Source of the DNA: an uncultured Chloroflexia bacterium
GTDB lineage: Bacteria; Chloroflexota; Limnocylindria; Limnocylindrales; CSP1-4
Direction of reading: 5' to 3'
Assembly (NCBI GenBank): GCA_963744095.1
Contig: CAVUSH010000006.1
Span: forward strand, 133,670 to 197,669
DNA: 64,000 bases
Positions within the stretch are counted from its first letter, which is position 1; the number at the start of each line of letters is the position of its first letter. The position numbers were made by a program, and so were the translations under genes. Under the pieces are notes generated by a model that saw only the letters and a list, made by a program, of their open reading frames with translations, had not been told where the DNA came from and did no database searches. Shown here one piece after another: positions 42,891 through 53,401 of this stretch.

Positions 42891-44237
42891 ATGGCGGACG
42901 CCCGCCCGTTCCACTGGGAGTTCACGCCGGCACCGGTCACCCGGGAGGTCTTCCGGGTGGAGGGCGGCCGGCCGCTGGCCGGCACGGTCCGGATCAGCGG
43001 TGCGAAGAACGCCGCCCTCAAGCTGCTGGCGGCGGCCGTCCTGACCGGCGAGCGCTGCCGGCTCACGAACGTGCCGGAGATCGAGGACGTCCGGGTGATG
43101 GCCGAGACGCTCGCCGACCTGGGCGTCGTCGTGGATCACCCGGAGCACGGCGTCTACGAGGTCGCCGCGGGCGACGTCGACTGGCTCTTCGTGCCCCTCG
43201 AGGCGGCCGCCAAGATGCGGGCCAGCTTCATCCTCTTCGGCCCGCTCCTGGCCCGCTTCGGCCGGGTGATCATCAGCAACCCCGGCGGCGACAGGATCGG
43301 CAGGCGGCCGGTCAACCTCCACGTCGATGCCATGCGGGCCCTCGGCGCCGAGATCGAGTACCGCAACGGCTACTACCTGGCCAAGGCGCCCGGTCGGCTG
43401 CGGGGCGCCGAGGTGACCTTCCCCTTCGTCTCGGTCATGGGCACCGAGAACGCGATGCTGGCGGCAGCCCTGGCCGAGGGGCGGACGGTGATCCGGCCGG
43501 CGGCGCAGGAGCCGGAGGTGGACGATCTCGTCGCCTTCCTCCAGAAGATGGGCGCCGCCGTCGAGCGGACGGCCCCGGACACCCTCGTGGTGGAGGGGCG
43601 ACGGCGGCTCCGCGGCGCGGAGCACAGCGTGATCCCCGATCGGATCGAGGCCGGCACCTTCGTCGTCGCCGCGGCCGTCGCGGGTGGGCGGATCACCCTG
43701 GAGGGCGCGCCCTGCGACTTCCTCGGCTCGTTCATCGAGACCGTGGGGCGGATGGGCGTCCAGGTCGCCTGCGGCCGCGACACGATCGAGGTGGAGGGCT
43801 CCCCGCCGGGGACCGCCGCCTACCGGGCGATCGACGTGGAGACGGGGCCCTATCCCGGCTTCGCGACCGACCTGCAACCCCCGACGAGCGTCCTCATGAC
43901 CCGCTGCGCCGGCACGAGCCGCCTCCACGAGACGATCTTCGAGGATCGCCTGGAGTGGCTCGGCGAGCTGCGCCGGATGGGCGCCGACGTGGCCATCCTC
44001 GACGCCCACCACGCCGAGATCGGGGGACCGGCCCGGCTGCGCGGCACGGAGGTGGTCATCAGCGACCTGCGCGCCGGCGCGTCGCTCATCCTGGGGGCCC
44101 TCGCGGCCGACGGGATCTCCACGATCCACGGCGCCCATCACGTTCAGCGCGGCTATGAGAACATCGACCGCAAGTTCCACGACCTCGGCGCCCGGATCGA
44201 GCGCCTCCCCGAGCAGGTGAGCAGCACGCCTTCATGA
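42891..44237 (+). CDS. murA: UDP-N-acetylglucosamine 1-carboxyvinyltransferase (Asp at the Cys115-equivalent position)
   Basis: [15 protein letters not shown], then [15 protein letters not shown] with D134 where E. coli has C115, and GFATDLQ. Confidence 0.93.
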   Translation: MADARPFHWEFTPAPVTREVFRVEGGRPLAGTVRISGAKNAALKLLAAAVLTGERCRLTNVPEIEDVRVMAETLADLGVVVDHPEHGVYEVAAGDVDWLFVPLEAAAKMRASFILFGPLLARFGRVIISNPGGDRIGRRPVNLHVDAMRALGAEIEYRNGYYLAKAPGRLRGAEVTFPFVSVMGTENAMLAAALAEGRTVIRPAAQEPEVDDLVAFLQKMGAAVERTAPDTLVVEGRRRLRGAEHSVIPDRIEAGTFVVAAAVAGGRITLEGAPCDFLGSFIETVGRMGVQVACGRDTIEVEGSPPGTAAYRAIDVETGPYPGFATDLQPPTSVLMTRCAGTSRLHETIFEDRLEWLGELRRMGADVAILDAHHAEIGGPARLRGTEVVISDLRAGASLILGALAADGISTIHGAHHVQRGYENIDRKFHDLGARIERLPEQVSSTPS

Positions 44238-45232
44238 AGATCGGCATCGACCTCGGGACCGCGAACGTCATCGTCTACGTCAAGGGCCGCGGCATCGTCA
44301 TCCAGGAGCCATCCGTCGTTGCGGTGAGCGAGGACAACCGGATCGTCGCGGTGGGCGAGGAAGCCCGCCAGATGATCGGGCGGACGCCCGGCAACATCCA
44401 GGCCATCCGCCCCATGAAGGACGGCGTGATCGCCGACTACGTCATCACCGAGGCGATGCTCCGCTACTTCATCGGGCGGGCGCGGAAGGGGTCGTTCTCC
44501 CTCAGCCGGCCCGAGGTGATGATCAGCGTCCCGGCCGGCGTGACGTCGGTGGAGAAGCGCGCCGTCCGCGACGCGGCCCTCAAGGCCGGCGCCCGCGAGG
44601 CGTTCCTCATCGAGGAGCCGCTGGCCGCCGCGATCGGGGCCAACGTGCCCATCAGCGGGCCGTCGGGCAATCTCATCATCGACATCGGCGGCGGCACGAG
44701 CGAGATCGCCGTGATCGCCCTGGGCGGGATCGTCGTCAGCAACAGCCTCCGGGTGGGCGGCAACCGCTTCGACGACGCGATCGCCAGCTACATCCGCAAG
44801 AAGTACAACCTGATGGTGGGCGACCGGACGGCCGAGGAAGTCAAGATCCAGATCGGCACGGCCCTCCCGCTCGAGCGCGAGCTGCAGATGGAGGTCCGCG
44901 GCCGCGACCTGATCGCCGGCCTGCCGCGGACGATCCCCATCACCTCGTCCGAGGTGATGGAGGCGATCGAGATGCCCCTCCAGCAGCTGGTGGCGGCGGT
45001 GCGCGGGGTGCTGGAGCAGACCCCGCCGGAGCTCTCGTCGGACATCATCGACAAGGGCATGGTGATGTCCGGCGGCGGCTCCCTCCTGCGCAACATCGAC
45101 CGGCTGCTCACCCAGGTGACCGGCGTCCCGTGTCACGTCGCCGAGAACGCTCTCAACTGCGTCGCCCTCGGCACCGGCCTCGCCCTGGAGCACTTCGACT
45201 TCTTCAAGAAGTCCCTCGTCCAGCAGGTCTGA
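44234..45232 (+). CDS. mreB: Rod shape-determining actin homologue MreB
   Basis: [63 protein letters not shown]. Confidence 0.95.
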   Translation: MKIGIDLGTANVIVYVKGRGIVIQEPSVVAVSEDNRIVAVGEEARQMIGRTPGNIQAIRPMKDGVIADYVITEAMLRYFIGRARKGSFSLSRPEVMISVPAGVTSVEKRAVRDAALKAGAREAFLIEEPLAAAIGANVPISGPSGNLIIDIGGGTSEIAVIALGGIVVSNSLRVGGNRFDDAIASYIRKKYNLMVGDRTAEEVKIQIGTALPLERELQMEVRGRDLIAGLPRTIPITSSEVMEAIEMPLQQLVAAVRGVLEQTPPELSSDIIDKGMVMSGGGSLLRNIDRLLTQVTGVPCHVAENALNCVALGTGLALEHFDFFKKSLVQQV

Positions 45233-45239
45233 GCTGCCG

Positions 45240-45980
45240 ATGGACGGCGAGGGACTCGGGGCATCGCCGGGCATCGTCTTCATGGACCTCCACTGCCATA
45301 CGAACGCGAGCTTCGACTCCCTGGCCGATCCGCTGACCGTCGTGCGGGCCGCCCGCGATCGCGGGCTCACCCACCTCGCGATCACCGACCACGACCGGAT
45401 CGACGGCGCCCTTCGCGCCCGCGCCGCGGCCATCCCGGGGATCACCGTCATCGTCGGCGAGGAGGTGAAGACCGCGGCCGGCGACCTCGTCTGCCTCTTC
45501 CTCGAAGAGGCGATTCCGCCGGGCCTCTCGCCCGCGGCGACGATCGCCCTCGCCCGCGCCCAGGGTGCGCTGGTGGGCATCCCGCACCCGTTCGACCGCT
45601 ACCGCGGCTCGATGGGGAAGGCGGAAGAGGAGATCCGAGCCCTGGCCGGGCTCGTCGACTGGGTCGAGGCCTTCAATGCCCGGGTCGTCGGCGGGAAGGG
45701 CAACGAGCGGGCCGCGGAGCTCGCCCGAACGGCCGGGATTCCCGGCGTCTCCGTCTCCGATGCCCACTCCACGCTGGAGGTCGGCGTGGCCGCGACGCGC
45801 ATGGAGGGCAACCCCTCGACGCCGGCCGGGCTGCTGGCCGCGCTCCACACGGCCCGGATCGTGCCCGGTCGGGCCACGTACTACGTCCGGGCGATCACCC
45901 CGGTCGCCAAGCTCGTCCAGCGCATGCGGGGAAACGGCCGGGTCCGGCCCGCCGCCGCGCCCGAGGAGCCAGGCCGGTGA
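45240..45980 (+). CDS. PHP-domain metal-dependent phosphoesterase
   Basis: MDLHCHTNASFDS and LAITDHDRIDG are PHP motifs I and II. Confidence 0.75.
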   Translation: MDGEGLGASPGIVFMDLHCHTNASFDSLADPLTVVRAARDRGLTHLAITDHDRIDGALRARAAAIPGITVIVGEEVKTAAGDLVCLFLEEAIPPGLSPAATIALARAQGALVGIPHPFDRYRGSMGKAEEEIRALAGLVDWVEAFNARVVGGKGNERAAELARTAGIPGVSVSDAHSTLEVGVAATRMEGNPSTPAGLLAALHTARIVPGRATYYVRAITPVAKLVQRMRGNGRVRPAAAPEEPGR

Positions 45981-47080
45981 GCGCGCCGCGCCCGCCCGAG
46001 CCGGCCGCCGCGGCCCCGGCCCCGCTCCCCGAGGGCGAGGTCACCCCCGAGCAGCTGTCGCTCGGCCGGCGCCTGCGCCAGCCCCGGACGATCATCTCGA
46101 TCGCCGTCCCGCTCGTGATCATCAGCGCCTTCGTCGGCCTGAACTGGAAGCAGCTCGAGCGGGTCCCGGAGCTGATCCTCGCGGCCAACCCGGTCCTCGT
46201 CCTGGCGGCGTTCGTGGTCTATTACCTGGGCTTCCCGCTCCGCGGCTACCGCTGGACCCTGCTCCTGCGCGGCGCAGGCTTCTACTGCCCGACGAAGGAC
46301 GCCACCGAGATCATCTTCCTGTCGTGGCTCGTGAACTGCATCGTCCCGGCCAAGCTGGGCGACTTCTACCGGGCCTACCTCCTGAAGATCAACAGCGACG
46401 CCTCGCTGTCGCGGACCTTCGGCACCGTCTTCATCGAGCGGGTCCTCGACCTCTTCGTGATCGTGATCCTGGGGCTGGCCGCCGGCTTCTGGAGCTTCCG
46501 CGGCCAGCTGCCGCCGGAGATCCAGGTCATCGTCGGGATCGGGGTCGGGGTGATGGTGGTCCTGGCCGTGGGGCTGCTCTTCCTGCGGCGCGTCGGGGCC
46601 CGCCTCCTCGCTGCCCTCCCGCTGCCCCGCAAGCAGACGATCCTGGAGCTCTACGAGCGCTTCGAGGAAGGCGTCTTCGGGGCGGTCGGCTGGCGGGCGC
46701 TGCCGCGCCTCCTCGTCCTCACGGGCCTGATCTGGATGACCGAGTCGCTGCGGCTCTGGTTCGTCGTCCAGGCGCTGGGCTTCCCCGACGTGTCGCTGGG
46801 CATCTCGGGGGCGGTCTTCGTCGCCCTCATCGGGTCGCTGTTGACCGCCGTCCCCCTCAGCCCTGCCGGCCTGGGCATCGTCGAGGCGGGGATCATCGGC
46901 GTCCTGACCCTCGTCTACAACGTCCCGCTCGCCGAGGCCACCGCGATCGCCCTCCTCGACCGGGTCATCAGCGTCTTCTCGGTGATCATCCTCGGGTCCA
47001 TCGCCTACGTCCTCTCGCCCAAGCCGCGCGGGGAGGGCCGCATTCCCGCCGCTCCGGACGCAGTCGCCGCGCCCGCCTGA
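45977..47080 (+). CDS. Flippase-like / lysylphosphatidylglycerol-synthase TM-region family (UPF0104) membrane protein
   Basis: 367 aa, ~8 TM. The family-typical block is FPLRGYRWTLLLRG...PAKLGDFYRAYLLK. Confidence 0.7.
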   Translation: MSAPRPPEPAAAAPAPLPEGEVTPEQLSLGRRLRQPRTIISIAVPLVIISAFVGLNWKQLERVPELILAANPVLVLAAFVVYYLGFPLRGYRWTLLLRGAGFYCPTKDATEIIFLSWLVNCIVPAKLGDFYRAYLLKINSDASLSRTFGTVFIERVLDLFVIVILGLAAGFWSFRGQLPPEIQVIVGIGVGVMVVLAVGLLFLRRVGARLLAALPLPRKQTILELYERFEEGVFGAVGWRALPRLLVLTGLIWMTESLRLWFVVQALGFPDVSLGISGAVFVALIGSLLTAVPLSPAGLGIVEAGIIGVLTLVYNVPLAEATAIALLDRVISVFSVIILGSIAYVLSPKPRGEGRIPAAPDAVAAPA

Positions 47081-47214
47081 CGTCCAGGGCCCGGTACCCG
47101 CCCGCGCGGGCGGCCATGACCCGGAGTACCAACGGGCCATGGTTCCCGAACGCGCCACTCTCGATAGTGACGCCACGCGGGTTTGCCGCCAACCTCACGG
47201 AGCGCCCACCGGGA

Positions 47215-47733
47215 ATGACCGAGCAGAACGGCGGCCCCTTCACGGAGTGGCTGCGCGCACAGCTCAAGGCCAAGAAGATGTCGCAGCGCCAGCTGGCGCA
47301 GGCGTCGGGCGTCGACCACTCGACGATCTCCCGCCTCGTCCGCGGCGACCGGACGCCGTCGCTGGGCACGGCGACCAAGCTGGCCCGCGGGCTGCGCGAG
47401 CTTCGCGACGACGCGGACGCCCCGCAGTACCTGGGATTCGTGTCGAGCGGGGCCACGGTGAACCCGACCGCGCGGGTCGAGTACGCGCTGCGCGCGGATG
47501 ATGCCCTCGGCGAGCCCCAGGTCCGCCAGATCATGGAGTACTACCTCGCCGTCCGGATGCGCCGCTACGCCCGGCCGGTCGCGCCGGCGCCCCGCGTGGG
47601 GCTCCAGGACCGACCGCTGGCGCGCCAGGCGTCCGGCTCGCTCGCCTCGGTCGTGGGGCTCTCCACGGAGCGCCGGGTCTCCACGGTCCGCCCGGCCCCG
47701 ATGCTCGTGCGGCGACCCTCCGGGAGGCCCTAG
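47215..47733 (+). CDS. XRE-family helix-turn-helix transcriptional regulator
   Basis: The HTH reads MSQRQLAQASGVDHSTISRLVRGDRTPSLGTATKLARGL. The C-terminal half is uncharacterised. The start is uncertain (there is an in-frame ATG about 100 nt upstream). Confidence 0.7.
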   Translation: MTEQNGGPFTEWLRAQLKAKKMSQRQLAQASGVDHSTISRLVRGDRTPSLGTATKLARGLRELRDDADAPQYLGFVSSGATVNPTARVEYALRADDALGEPQVRQIMEYYLAVRMRRYARPVAPAPRVGLQDRPLARQASGSLASVVGLSTERRVSTVRPAPMLVRRPSGRP

Positions 47734-47787
47734 CAGAGAACGAATCGACCACCCCGGGAGCGCCCTCCTCTCCCGGGTCCTGGGGAC

Positions 47788-47823
47788 AGCGAACGCCGGC
47801 GTACTGGGGCGCCGGCGTTCGCT
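47788..47823. terminator. Bidirectional GC-rich hairpin between convergent genes
   Basis: agcgaacgccggcg-tactgggg-cgccggcgttcgct forms a perfect 14-bp stem between the XRE gene (+) and the GT-C gene (-). Confidence 0.55.
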
Positions 47824-47874
47824 CGTTCGCCGGCATGCCGGGGAGCCGCGGGCGCCCGGCGCTCTGGCCGCTCG

Positions 47875-49488
47875 TCAGTGGCCGGCGATCTCGTAGATCG
47901 AGATCCAGCGGCCCGGCGCCGCCTCGAACCGGGTGACCAGGGGTCCCGCGGCGATCCCGACCTCGGCCAGGCGCGCCTCCTCGGCGGGCCCGAGGCAGGC
48001 GAGGCCCACGACGTCCTCGAACAGGGCGTCGCAGAGAACCGTGACCCGCGTTGCGCCCGCCGCCGGGGCCGGCGGGTGCCCGAGCACCGTCACCGGATAG
48101 TCGACCGCGGTCGTCTTCTTGAACTTCGGTGAGCCGGCGATCGCAGCCGGGCGGTCGCCGTTGACCTCCACGACGCGCTCGCCCGCCGCGAGGCCGGCCG
48201 GCCACCCTCCGTCGGCGTTCACGGCCGGCAGCGGGACCACGAGGAGGTTCCAGGCGGCCACGGCGGCCACGACAGCCACGACCACGACGCGTCCCGCCGG
48301 GCGCCGCCACACGACCGCCGCCCCCAGCCCCAGGAGGGCGAAGACGATCGGGTCGAGGGCCAGGTGGTAGTGGTCGACGTACAACGGGATCACCTGCGAC
48401 AGCCACGGTGCCGCGATCACGAGCCCGCCGCACCCGAGAACGAGGCCGACGCCCAGCAGTCGCGCGGCGCCGGCGGGCGAGGGAACGCCACGGCCGACTG
48501 CCTCGGACGACGGATCGACGGACGGATCGCGAACCGGTCTGCGCTCGCCCGCCGCGATCAGCCCGGCGCCGATGACGAGGGCGCCCGCGGCCGCCGTCAC
48601 GACCAGCGACCGCAGGACTTCGCCCACGAGGGGCACCGAGAGGACGCGGAGGGGCACGAAGACCGCCCGGAGCCAGAGGGGGGGCGTGCCGTCCCCGACG
48701 CCCCCCCTGGCCTCCATGAGCGCCCGCAGCTCGCCGAACCCGGTGAGCATCTCGCTGGCGAGGACCGGGACGAACGAGAGGGCCACGATCCCGGCCGCGC
48801 CGGCAAGCCAGGGGACGGCGCGCCGTCCGTTGCGACGCAGCTCGTCGACGGCAAGGACCGCGACCGGGGCCAGCAGCACCCACGCCAGCACGTGCGACTG
48901 CCCTGCCAGCACCACCCCGATCCCCACGGCCACCCACCAGCGCGGATCGCCCCGCCGCCGCCCTTCGAACGCTGCCGCGAGCGCGAACGCAGCGGCAGGA
49001 GGCACGAAGGCCGGGTTCCACAGGCGGACCGAGGCGTCGATCATCTGCATCGAGACGACGGCCAGCAGGCCGGCAACGAGTCCCGCCACCGGTCCGCCGG
49101 CGGCCCGGGCCAGCCACCAGACGAACCCGACGGTGGCGATTCCACCGAGGGCGATCCCGAACGTGACCGCGGTGGGGTCGTCGCCCCCCGACGGCAGGGC
49201 GAAGAGCGCCCCGACGTAGTAGAAGACGGCCCCGTGGTGGATCCCGCCGGTTGACGTCTGGGCCCCCACGAGGGTCAGCTGACCGTTGACGATCGCGCGG
49301 ATGGCCAGCATCTGCTCACCCTGGTCGGTGTCCCACGGCCCCCGGGTGGCCATGTCGGGGATCCGGAGCAGGGCGGCCAGGATGAGCAGGCCCACGACAA
49401 CGGCCACGTCGGCCGCGGGACCGGCCAGGAGGCGCGCGACGGCTCCCCCCGGCGGTTCGGAGACCCCGACCTTCCCGGTGCCGCTCAT
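47875..49488 (-). CDS. GT-C fold membrane glycosyltransferase (ArnT/PMT-like, family 39-like)
   Basis: 537 aa, with many TM helices followed by a soluble C-terminal domain. The assignment rests on topology and general family resemblance. Confidence 0.55.
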   Translation of the reverse strand: MSGTGKVGVSEPPGGAVARLLAGPAADVAVVVGLLILAALLRIPDMATRGPWDTDQGEQMLAIRAIVNGQLTLVGAQTSTGGIHHGAVFYYVGALFALPSGGDDPTAVTFGIALGGIATVGFVWWLARAAGGPVAGLVAGLLAVVSMQMIDASVRLWNPAFVPPAAAFALAAAFEGRRRGDPRWWVAVGIGVVLAGQSHVLAWVLLAPVAVLAVDELRRNGRRAVPWLAGAAGIVALSFVPVLASEMLTGFGELRALMEARGGVGDGTPPLWLRAVFVPLRVLSVPLVGEVLRSLVVTAAAGALVIGAGLIAAGERRPVRDPSVDPSSEAVGRGVPSPAGAARLLGVGLVLGCGGLVIAAPWLSQVIPLYVDHYHLALDPIVFALLGLGAAVVWRRPAGRVVVVAVVAAVAAWNLLVVPLPAVNADGGWPAGLAAGERVVEVNGDRPAAIAGSPKFKKTTAVDYPVTVLGHPPAPAAGATRVTVLCDALFEDVVGLACLGPAEEARLAEVGIAAGPLVTRFEAAPGRWISIYEIAGH

Positions 49489-50468
49489 GCCGCGGCCGTC
49501 CGCGAGCCGGCCCCGCGGAGCTCGAAGGCCTCCGGGGGAAGCGGCTTCAACGGCAGCCCCGCGGCAAGGCTTCGCGCCCGTGCCACGTTCACCGCGTCAT
49601 ACCCCTGGTCCATCCCCGGCGTCTCCAGGTAGTAGGCGACGTGGGCCAGCCCCGGATGGGTCAGGAGGCGGGCAAGGCCGGCGCCGGCGCCCATCTCGCC
49701 CGCACCGAGATGCTCGTGGCGATCGAGCCGCGCGCCGCGCGTCGCCTTCGAGTCGTTCAGGTGGATCATCACGAGCCGCTCGAGCCCGACCCGGGCTGCC
49801 AGCGCCTCCACGAGCCCGTCCACGCCGGTGGAGGTCGCGACGTCGTGTCCGGCAGCCCACAGGTGCGCCGTGTCGAGGCAGAGCCCGACCCGCCCCGGGG
49901 GGACGCCACGCGCGGCAACGGCCTCGAGGATCGCCTCCAGCTCCTCGAGGGTCGCTCCCACTCCATCGCCGCTTCCCGCGGAGTTCTCCAGCACGAGGAG
50001 CGGCGCGCTCACCGGTGGGCCCGCCGTCGGCGCGCCGCCCGGGACGTCCGCCAGGACGCGGGCGACGCCTTCGGCGACCCGGGCGACCCCGGCTGCGACC
50101 CCGGCCCCCTTGTGACTCCCGACGTGGACGTTGACGAACCGGGCACCGTAGTCGGGCGCGACCGCCAGCTCGTGCGCGAGCAGGGCGACCGATCGCTCGA
50201 AGAGCTCCGCCGCGGGGCCCGCGAGGTTGACGAGGTACGAGGCGTGCACCGCGACCGGGCCGATCCCGAGCGCCTCCAGCCGCTCGCGGAAGGCCGGGAG
50301 CTCGGCCGGCGGCTGCGCCCGTCGCTTCCAGGCGGTCGGGTTGTCGATGAAGACCTGGAGCGCGTCGGCTCCGATCGCGTGGGCACGCTCGACGGCCCGG
50401 ACCATCCCGGCGGCGAGCGGGAGGTGCGCGCCCAACGGCCGTCCGTCGGGGAGGGCTGGGCGCGCCAC
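49485..50468 (-). CDS. nfo: Deoxyribonuclease IV (endonuclease IV, AP endonuclease family 2)
   Basis: GAHLPLAAGM, ALQVFIDNPTAW, VHASYLVNLA, LVLENSAGSG, LCLDTAHLWAAGHD, MIHLNDSK. These are metal-binding TIM-barrel motifs. Confidence 0.88.
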   Translation of the reverse strand: MARPALPDGRPLGAHLPLAAGMVRAVERAHAIGADALQVFIDNPTAWKRRAQPPAELPAFRERLEALGIGPVAVHASYLVNLAGPAAELFERSVALLAHELAVAPDYGARFVNVHVGSHKGAGVAAGVARVAEGVARVLADVPGGAPTAGPPVSAPLLVLENSAGSGDGVGATLEELEAILEAVAARGVPPGRVGLCLDTAHLWAAGHDVATSTGVDGLVEALAARVGLERLVMIHLNDSKATRGARLDRHEHLGAGEMGAGAGLARLLTHPGLAHVAYYLETPGMDQGYDAVNVARARSLAAGLPLKPLPPEAFELRGAGSRTAAA

Positions 50469-50478
50469 AGACGTCGGA

Positions 50479-51075
50479 TCAGCGCTTCGCGGCGGGCCTG
50501 GCGCCCCGGCCGGGCGTGTACGACCCGGCGATGATCGGCTCGATGAGCCCGAAGTCGCCGTCGCGGCGCCGGTAGAGGAGGTTCAGCCGCTCGTTCTCGG
50601 CGTTGACGAAGATGAAGAAGGCGTGGCCCAGCGACTCCATCTCGGTGATCGCGTCCTCCTCGAACATCGGCTCGAGGGCGAATTGCTTCGTCTTCACCAC
50701 CCGTCGCTCGCGACCCGCGTCGGCCGTGCCGTCGGCGATCCGGGCCAGGATCTCCTTCTCCTCGGGCCCCCGTGCCCGGACCCGGGGCTTCTCCCGGTGA
50801 TCGACCGCGCGCCGCTCCACCTTGTCGACCACGTCATCGATCGCGGCCTCCCACGTCGACGCGTCCGCCCGCCCGCGGACCGTCTGGCCGTCGATGTCGA
50901 GGGTGACGTCCGCGATCCGCGAATCGTCGGCACTCCGGTGGTGCTCCACGGAGAGCTCGATGATCGCCTCGGTCCGGTCGTCGAGGAAGCGCTCCAGGCG
51001 TCGAGTCTTCCGTTCGGCGTACTGGCGTACGGCGTCCGGGACGTCCATGTTCTTGCCCTTGACGATCGTCCTCAC
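50479..51075 (-). CDS. hpf: Ribosome hibernation-promoting factor (long HPF)
   Basis: The GTG start at 51075 is preceded by GGAGG. The N-terminal IVKGKNMDVPDAVRQYAERK is the S30AE domain, and the C-terminal KTKQFALEPMFEEDAITEMESLGHAFFIFVN is the dimerisation domain. Confidence 0.88.
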   Translation of the reverse strand: MRTIVKGKNMDVPDAVRQYAERKTRRLERFLDDRTEAIIELSVEHHRSADDSRIADVTLDIDGQTVRGRADASTWEAAIDDVVDKVERRAVDHREKPRVRARGPEEKEILARIADGTADAGRERRVVKTKQFALEPMFEEDAITEMESLGHAFFIFVNAENERLNLLYRRRDGDFGLIEPIIAGSYTPGRGARPAAKR

Positions 51076-51147
51076 GGTTGACCTCCAGGGTGCGTGCGGG
51101 CCGGCCGGTCCGCGGGGCGCGGCGTCCGACGGCTGCCCGATCCGTCG

Positions 51148-51153
51148 AGTATA
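51148..51153 (-). promoter_or_regulatory. -10-like TATACT upstream of hpf
   Basis: TATACT on the minus strand, ~70 nt upstream of the hpf GTG, in the comF-hpf spacer. Confidence 0.35.
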
Positions 51154-51219
51154 GGTCGGCATCGGCGTGCCTTCGACCGGCGAGGGTCCCGATTGCGAGG
51201 GCCCTGGGCCCGCCGATCG

Positions 51220-51918
51220 TCATGCCTCCCGGGCGACCGTCAGGGCCGAGACGGCCGCCGCCCCGGCGTCCAGGAGCGCCTCGGCGCAGGCGACCAGGGT
51301 GGCCCCGGTCGTCACCACGTCGTCGACGAGCACGAGCCAGCGGCCGGTCACGGCGGCCCGACTCCCGGGCTCGACTGCGAACGCGGCCGCGACGTTGGCC
51401 GCCCGGCGGTCGCGGCCCAGCTCGTACTGGGGCGCCGTCGCCCGATCGCGTCGCAGGGCGACCACGGCCGGAAGCCCGAGCGGTGCTGCCGCCGCCCGCG
51501 CGAGCAGCTCCGCCTGATCGTAGCCGCGTGCCGCGCGGCGCGCGGGATGGACCGGGACGTGGACGAAGACCTCGCCGCCGATCGAGGCCTCCCGCCAGCG
51601 CGCGGCAGCCGCGGCGCCGAGCGGCCCGGCCAGGCGCTGCTCCCCGCGGTACTTGAGGGCGTGGAGCGCGTCGCGCACGAGCCCCCCGTACGGAGCGCAC
51701 CACTCCAGCTGGACGAGGGGGAGCGGGACGTCGGACGGCATCCCGACGGGGGCGCCGGGCAGGGCGCCCCCGCGAACGGCAAGCGCCCGGCCGCACGGGC
51801 CGCACAGCGCGACTCCCTCCCGGGCGCAACCGATGCAGACCGCCGGAAGCGCAAGATCGAGCAGCCGTCCGGCGATGGTGCCGGGCCCGGGTGCCCGGAG
51901 ACGAGACACACCGCCCAT
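51220..51918 (-). CDS. comF: ComF-family phosphoribosyltransferase-domain protein
   Basis: An N-terminal double CxxC zinc finger (CIGC...CGPC), then LKYRGEQRLA and the PRT motif LVLVDDVVTTGATL. Confidence 0.8.
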   Translation of the reverse strand: MGGVSRLRAPGPGTIAGRLLDLALPAVCIGCAREGVALCGPCGRALAVRGGALPGAPVGMPSDVPLPLVQLEWCAPYGGLVRDALHALKYRGEQRLAGPLGAAAAARWREASIGGEVFVHVPVHPARRAARGYDQAELLARAAAAPLGLPAVVALRRDRATAPQYELGRDRRAANVAAAFAVEPGSRAAVTGRWLVLVDDVVTTGATLVACAEALLDAGAAAVSALTVAREA

Positions 51919-52010
51919 GCCGCGAGGATGGCGCGCGCCGCTTACCCGCCGCTCACCAGCCGCTTACCCGCAGCTCATCCGCCGCTCACCGGCCGCATAC
52001 CCGCCACGTA

Positions 52011-52427
52011 TCACACTCCGGATCCGGCGTGGTCCCGGTCGATCTCGCCCAGCTGGATCACGTCCCCGACGGTCGTCCCGGACGCGGCCGCGGTCCCTGC
52101 CGGGAGCTCCAGGCAGCCGTCGGCGCCGCGAGCCCACCAGACGACGCCCGTCCAGGGGCGAAGCACCCGCCGCACCGTCACGACTCGTCGTCCCCCGTCG
52201 ACGCCGGGCTTCGCCAGGAAGATGGCATCGATCGGGAAGCGCATGAAGAGCATGTGGATGCTCGACGCCGGCCGGAGCCAGAGCCCTTCGCCGGCCGGCA
52301 GCTCGCCCCGCCCCATGAGGCCCATGAGGCGACCGCCGAACGACTCGGCGACCTCGAGCGATTCCGCGATCTCGGTGCCGCGGGTCGCGTTACGGGCGCC
52401 CAGGGAGCCGGACCGGTGCCGATCCAT
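52011..52427 (-). CDS. DUF192 domain protein
   Basis: RLMGLMGRGELPAGEGLWLRP...MRFPIDAIFL...CLELPAG matches the DUF192 pattern. Confidence 0.75.
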   Translation of the reverse strand: MDRHRSGSLGARNATRGTEIAESLEVAESFGGRLMGLMGRGELPAGEGLWLRPASSIHMLFMRFPIDAIFLAKPGVDGGRRVVTVRRVLRPWTGVVWWARGADGCLELPAGTAAASGTTVGDVIQLGEIDRDHAGSGV

Positions 52428-52450
52428 CGGACCGGGTGCGAGGGGCGGTC

Positions 52451-53398
52451 TCAGCCGCCGGGTCCGCCCGGACCGCCGAGGTTCTTGGCGATCAGGATGA
52501 TCGCCGGGCCCAGGATGACGATGAAGAGCGACGGGAAGATGCAGCCGACGAGCGGGAGGAGCATCTTGATCGGCGCCTTGGCGGCCATCTCCTCCGCCCG
52601 CTGCCGGCGCTCGATTCGGAGCTGCTCGGACTGGACCTGGAGGACCTTGCTGATGGAGACGCCCAGCTGCTCGGCCTGGATGATGGCGCCGATGAAGTTG
52701 GTGAGGGGCGCGACCTCCGTCCGGGGCACGATGTCGCGCAGCGCCTCGCGGCGGGCCTTGCCGACGCGGACCTCGGCGAGCGAGCGCCGGAACTCGTCCA
52801 CCAGGGCGCCCTGCATCTTCTCCACGACCTTGCCCAGGGCGGCGTCGAAGCCGAGGCCCGCTCGGACGGAGATCGTGAGGAGGTCCAGGGCGTCCGGGAT
52901 CTGCAGGACGATCGAATGCTGGCGCGCGTGGATCCGGCGGTTGAGCCAGAACTCCGGGGCGATGTAGCCGACCACCACCCCGGCCGCGCCGAGGGCGATC
53001 GCCATCAGCAGCCCCGTGTTGAGCAGGAAGAAGAACAGCAGGAAGAAGATGATCGCGAAGACCCCGGCAGAGATCGCCTTGATGCCGAGCCAGTCGGAAA
53101 CCCGCAAGTCGCCCGGGTTGCCGGCCATGGCCAGGCTCTTCTCCGTCCTGGTGGCGAAGGAGGCGGAGGTGACGCGCGAGACCGATCCCGAGAGCCGGCC
53201 GGCGAGCGGCCTGACCGTCCGCTCGAAGAACGGCTGCTGGAGCTCGAGCTCCTCCAGGCTCTTCGCCTGCATCGACCCCAGCTGGGTCAGGCGGGCCTGG
53301 ACCGGGTCGACGCTCGACGAGCCCGCGAGGCCGATGGCGATGACGAGGATCGCCCCGGCGGCGGCACCGGCGACGAGCAGGGGGATCAGGGTGTCCAT
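52451..53398 (-). CDS. tadC: Tad pilus inner-membrane platform protein TadC (T2SS-F family)
   Basis: 315 aa with a T2SSF domain (LPDALDLLTISVRAGLGFDAAL). It is the second of two paralogous platform genes after cpaF. Confidence 0.8.
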   Translation of the reverse strand: MDTLIPLLVAGAAAGAILVIAIGLAGSSSVDPVQARLTQLGSMQAKSLEELELQQPFFERTVRPLAGRLSGSVSRVTSASFATRTEKSLAMAGNPGDLRVSDWLGIKAISAGVFAIIFFLLFFFLLNTGLLMAIALGAAGVVVGYIAPEFWLNRRIHARQHSIVLQIPDALDLLTISVRAGLGFDAALGKVVEKMQGALVDEFRRSLAEVRVGKARREALRDIVPRTEVAPLTNFIGAIIQAEQLGVSISKVLQVQSEQLRIERRQRAEEMAAKAPIKMLLPLVGCIFPSLFIVILGPAIILIAKNLGGPGGPGG

Positions 53399-53401
53399 GC
53401 C

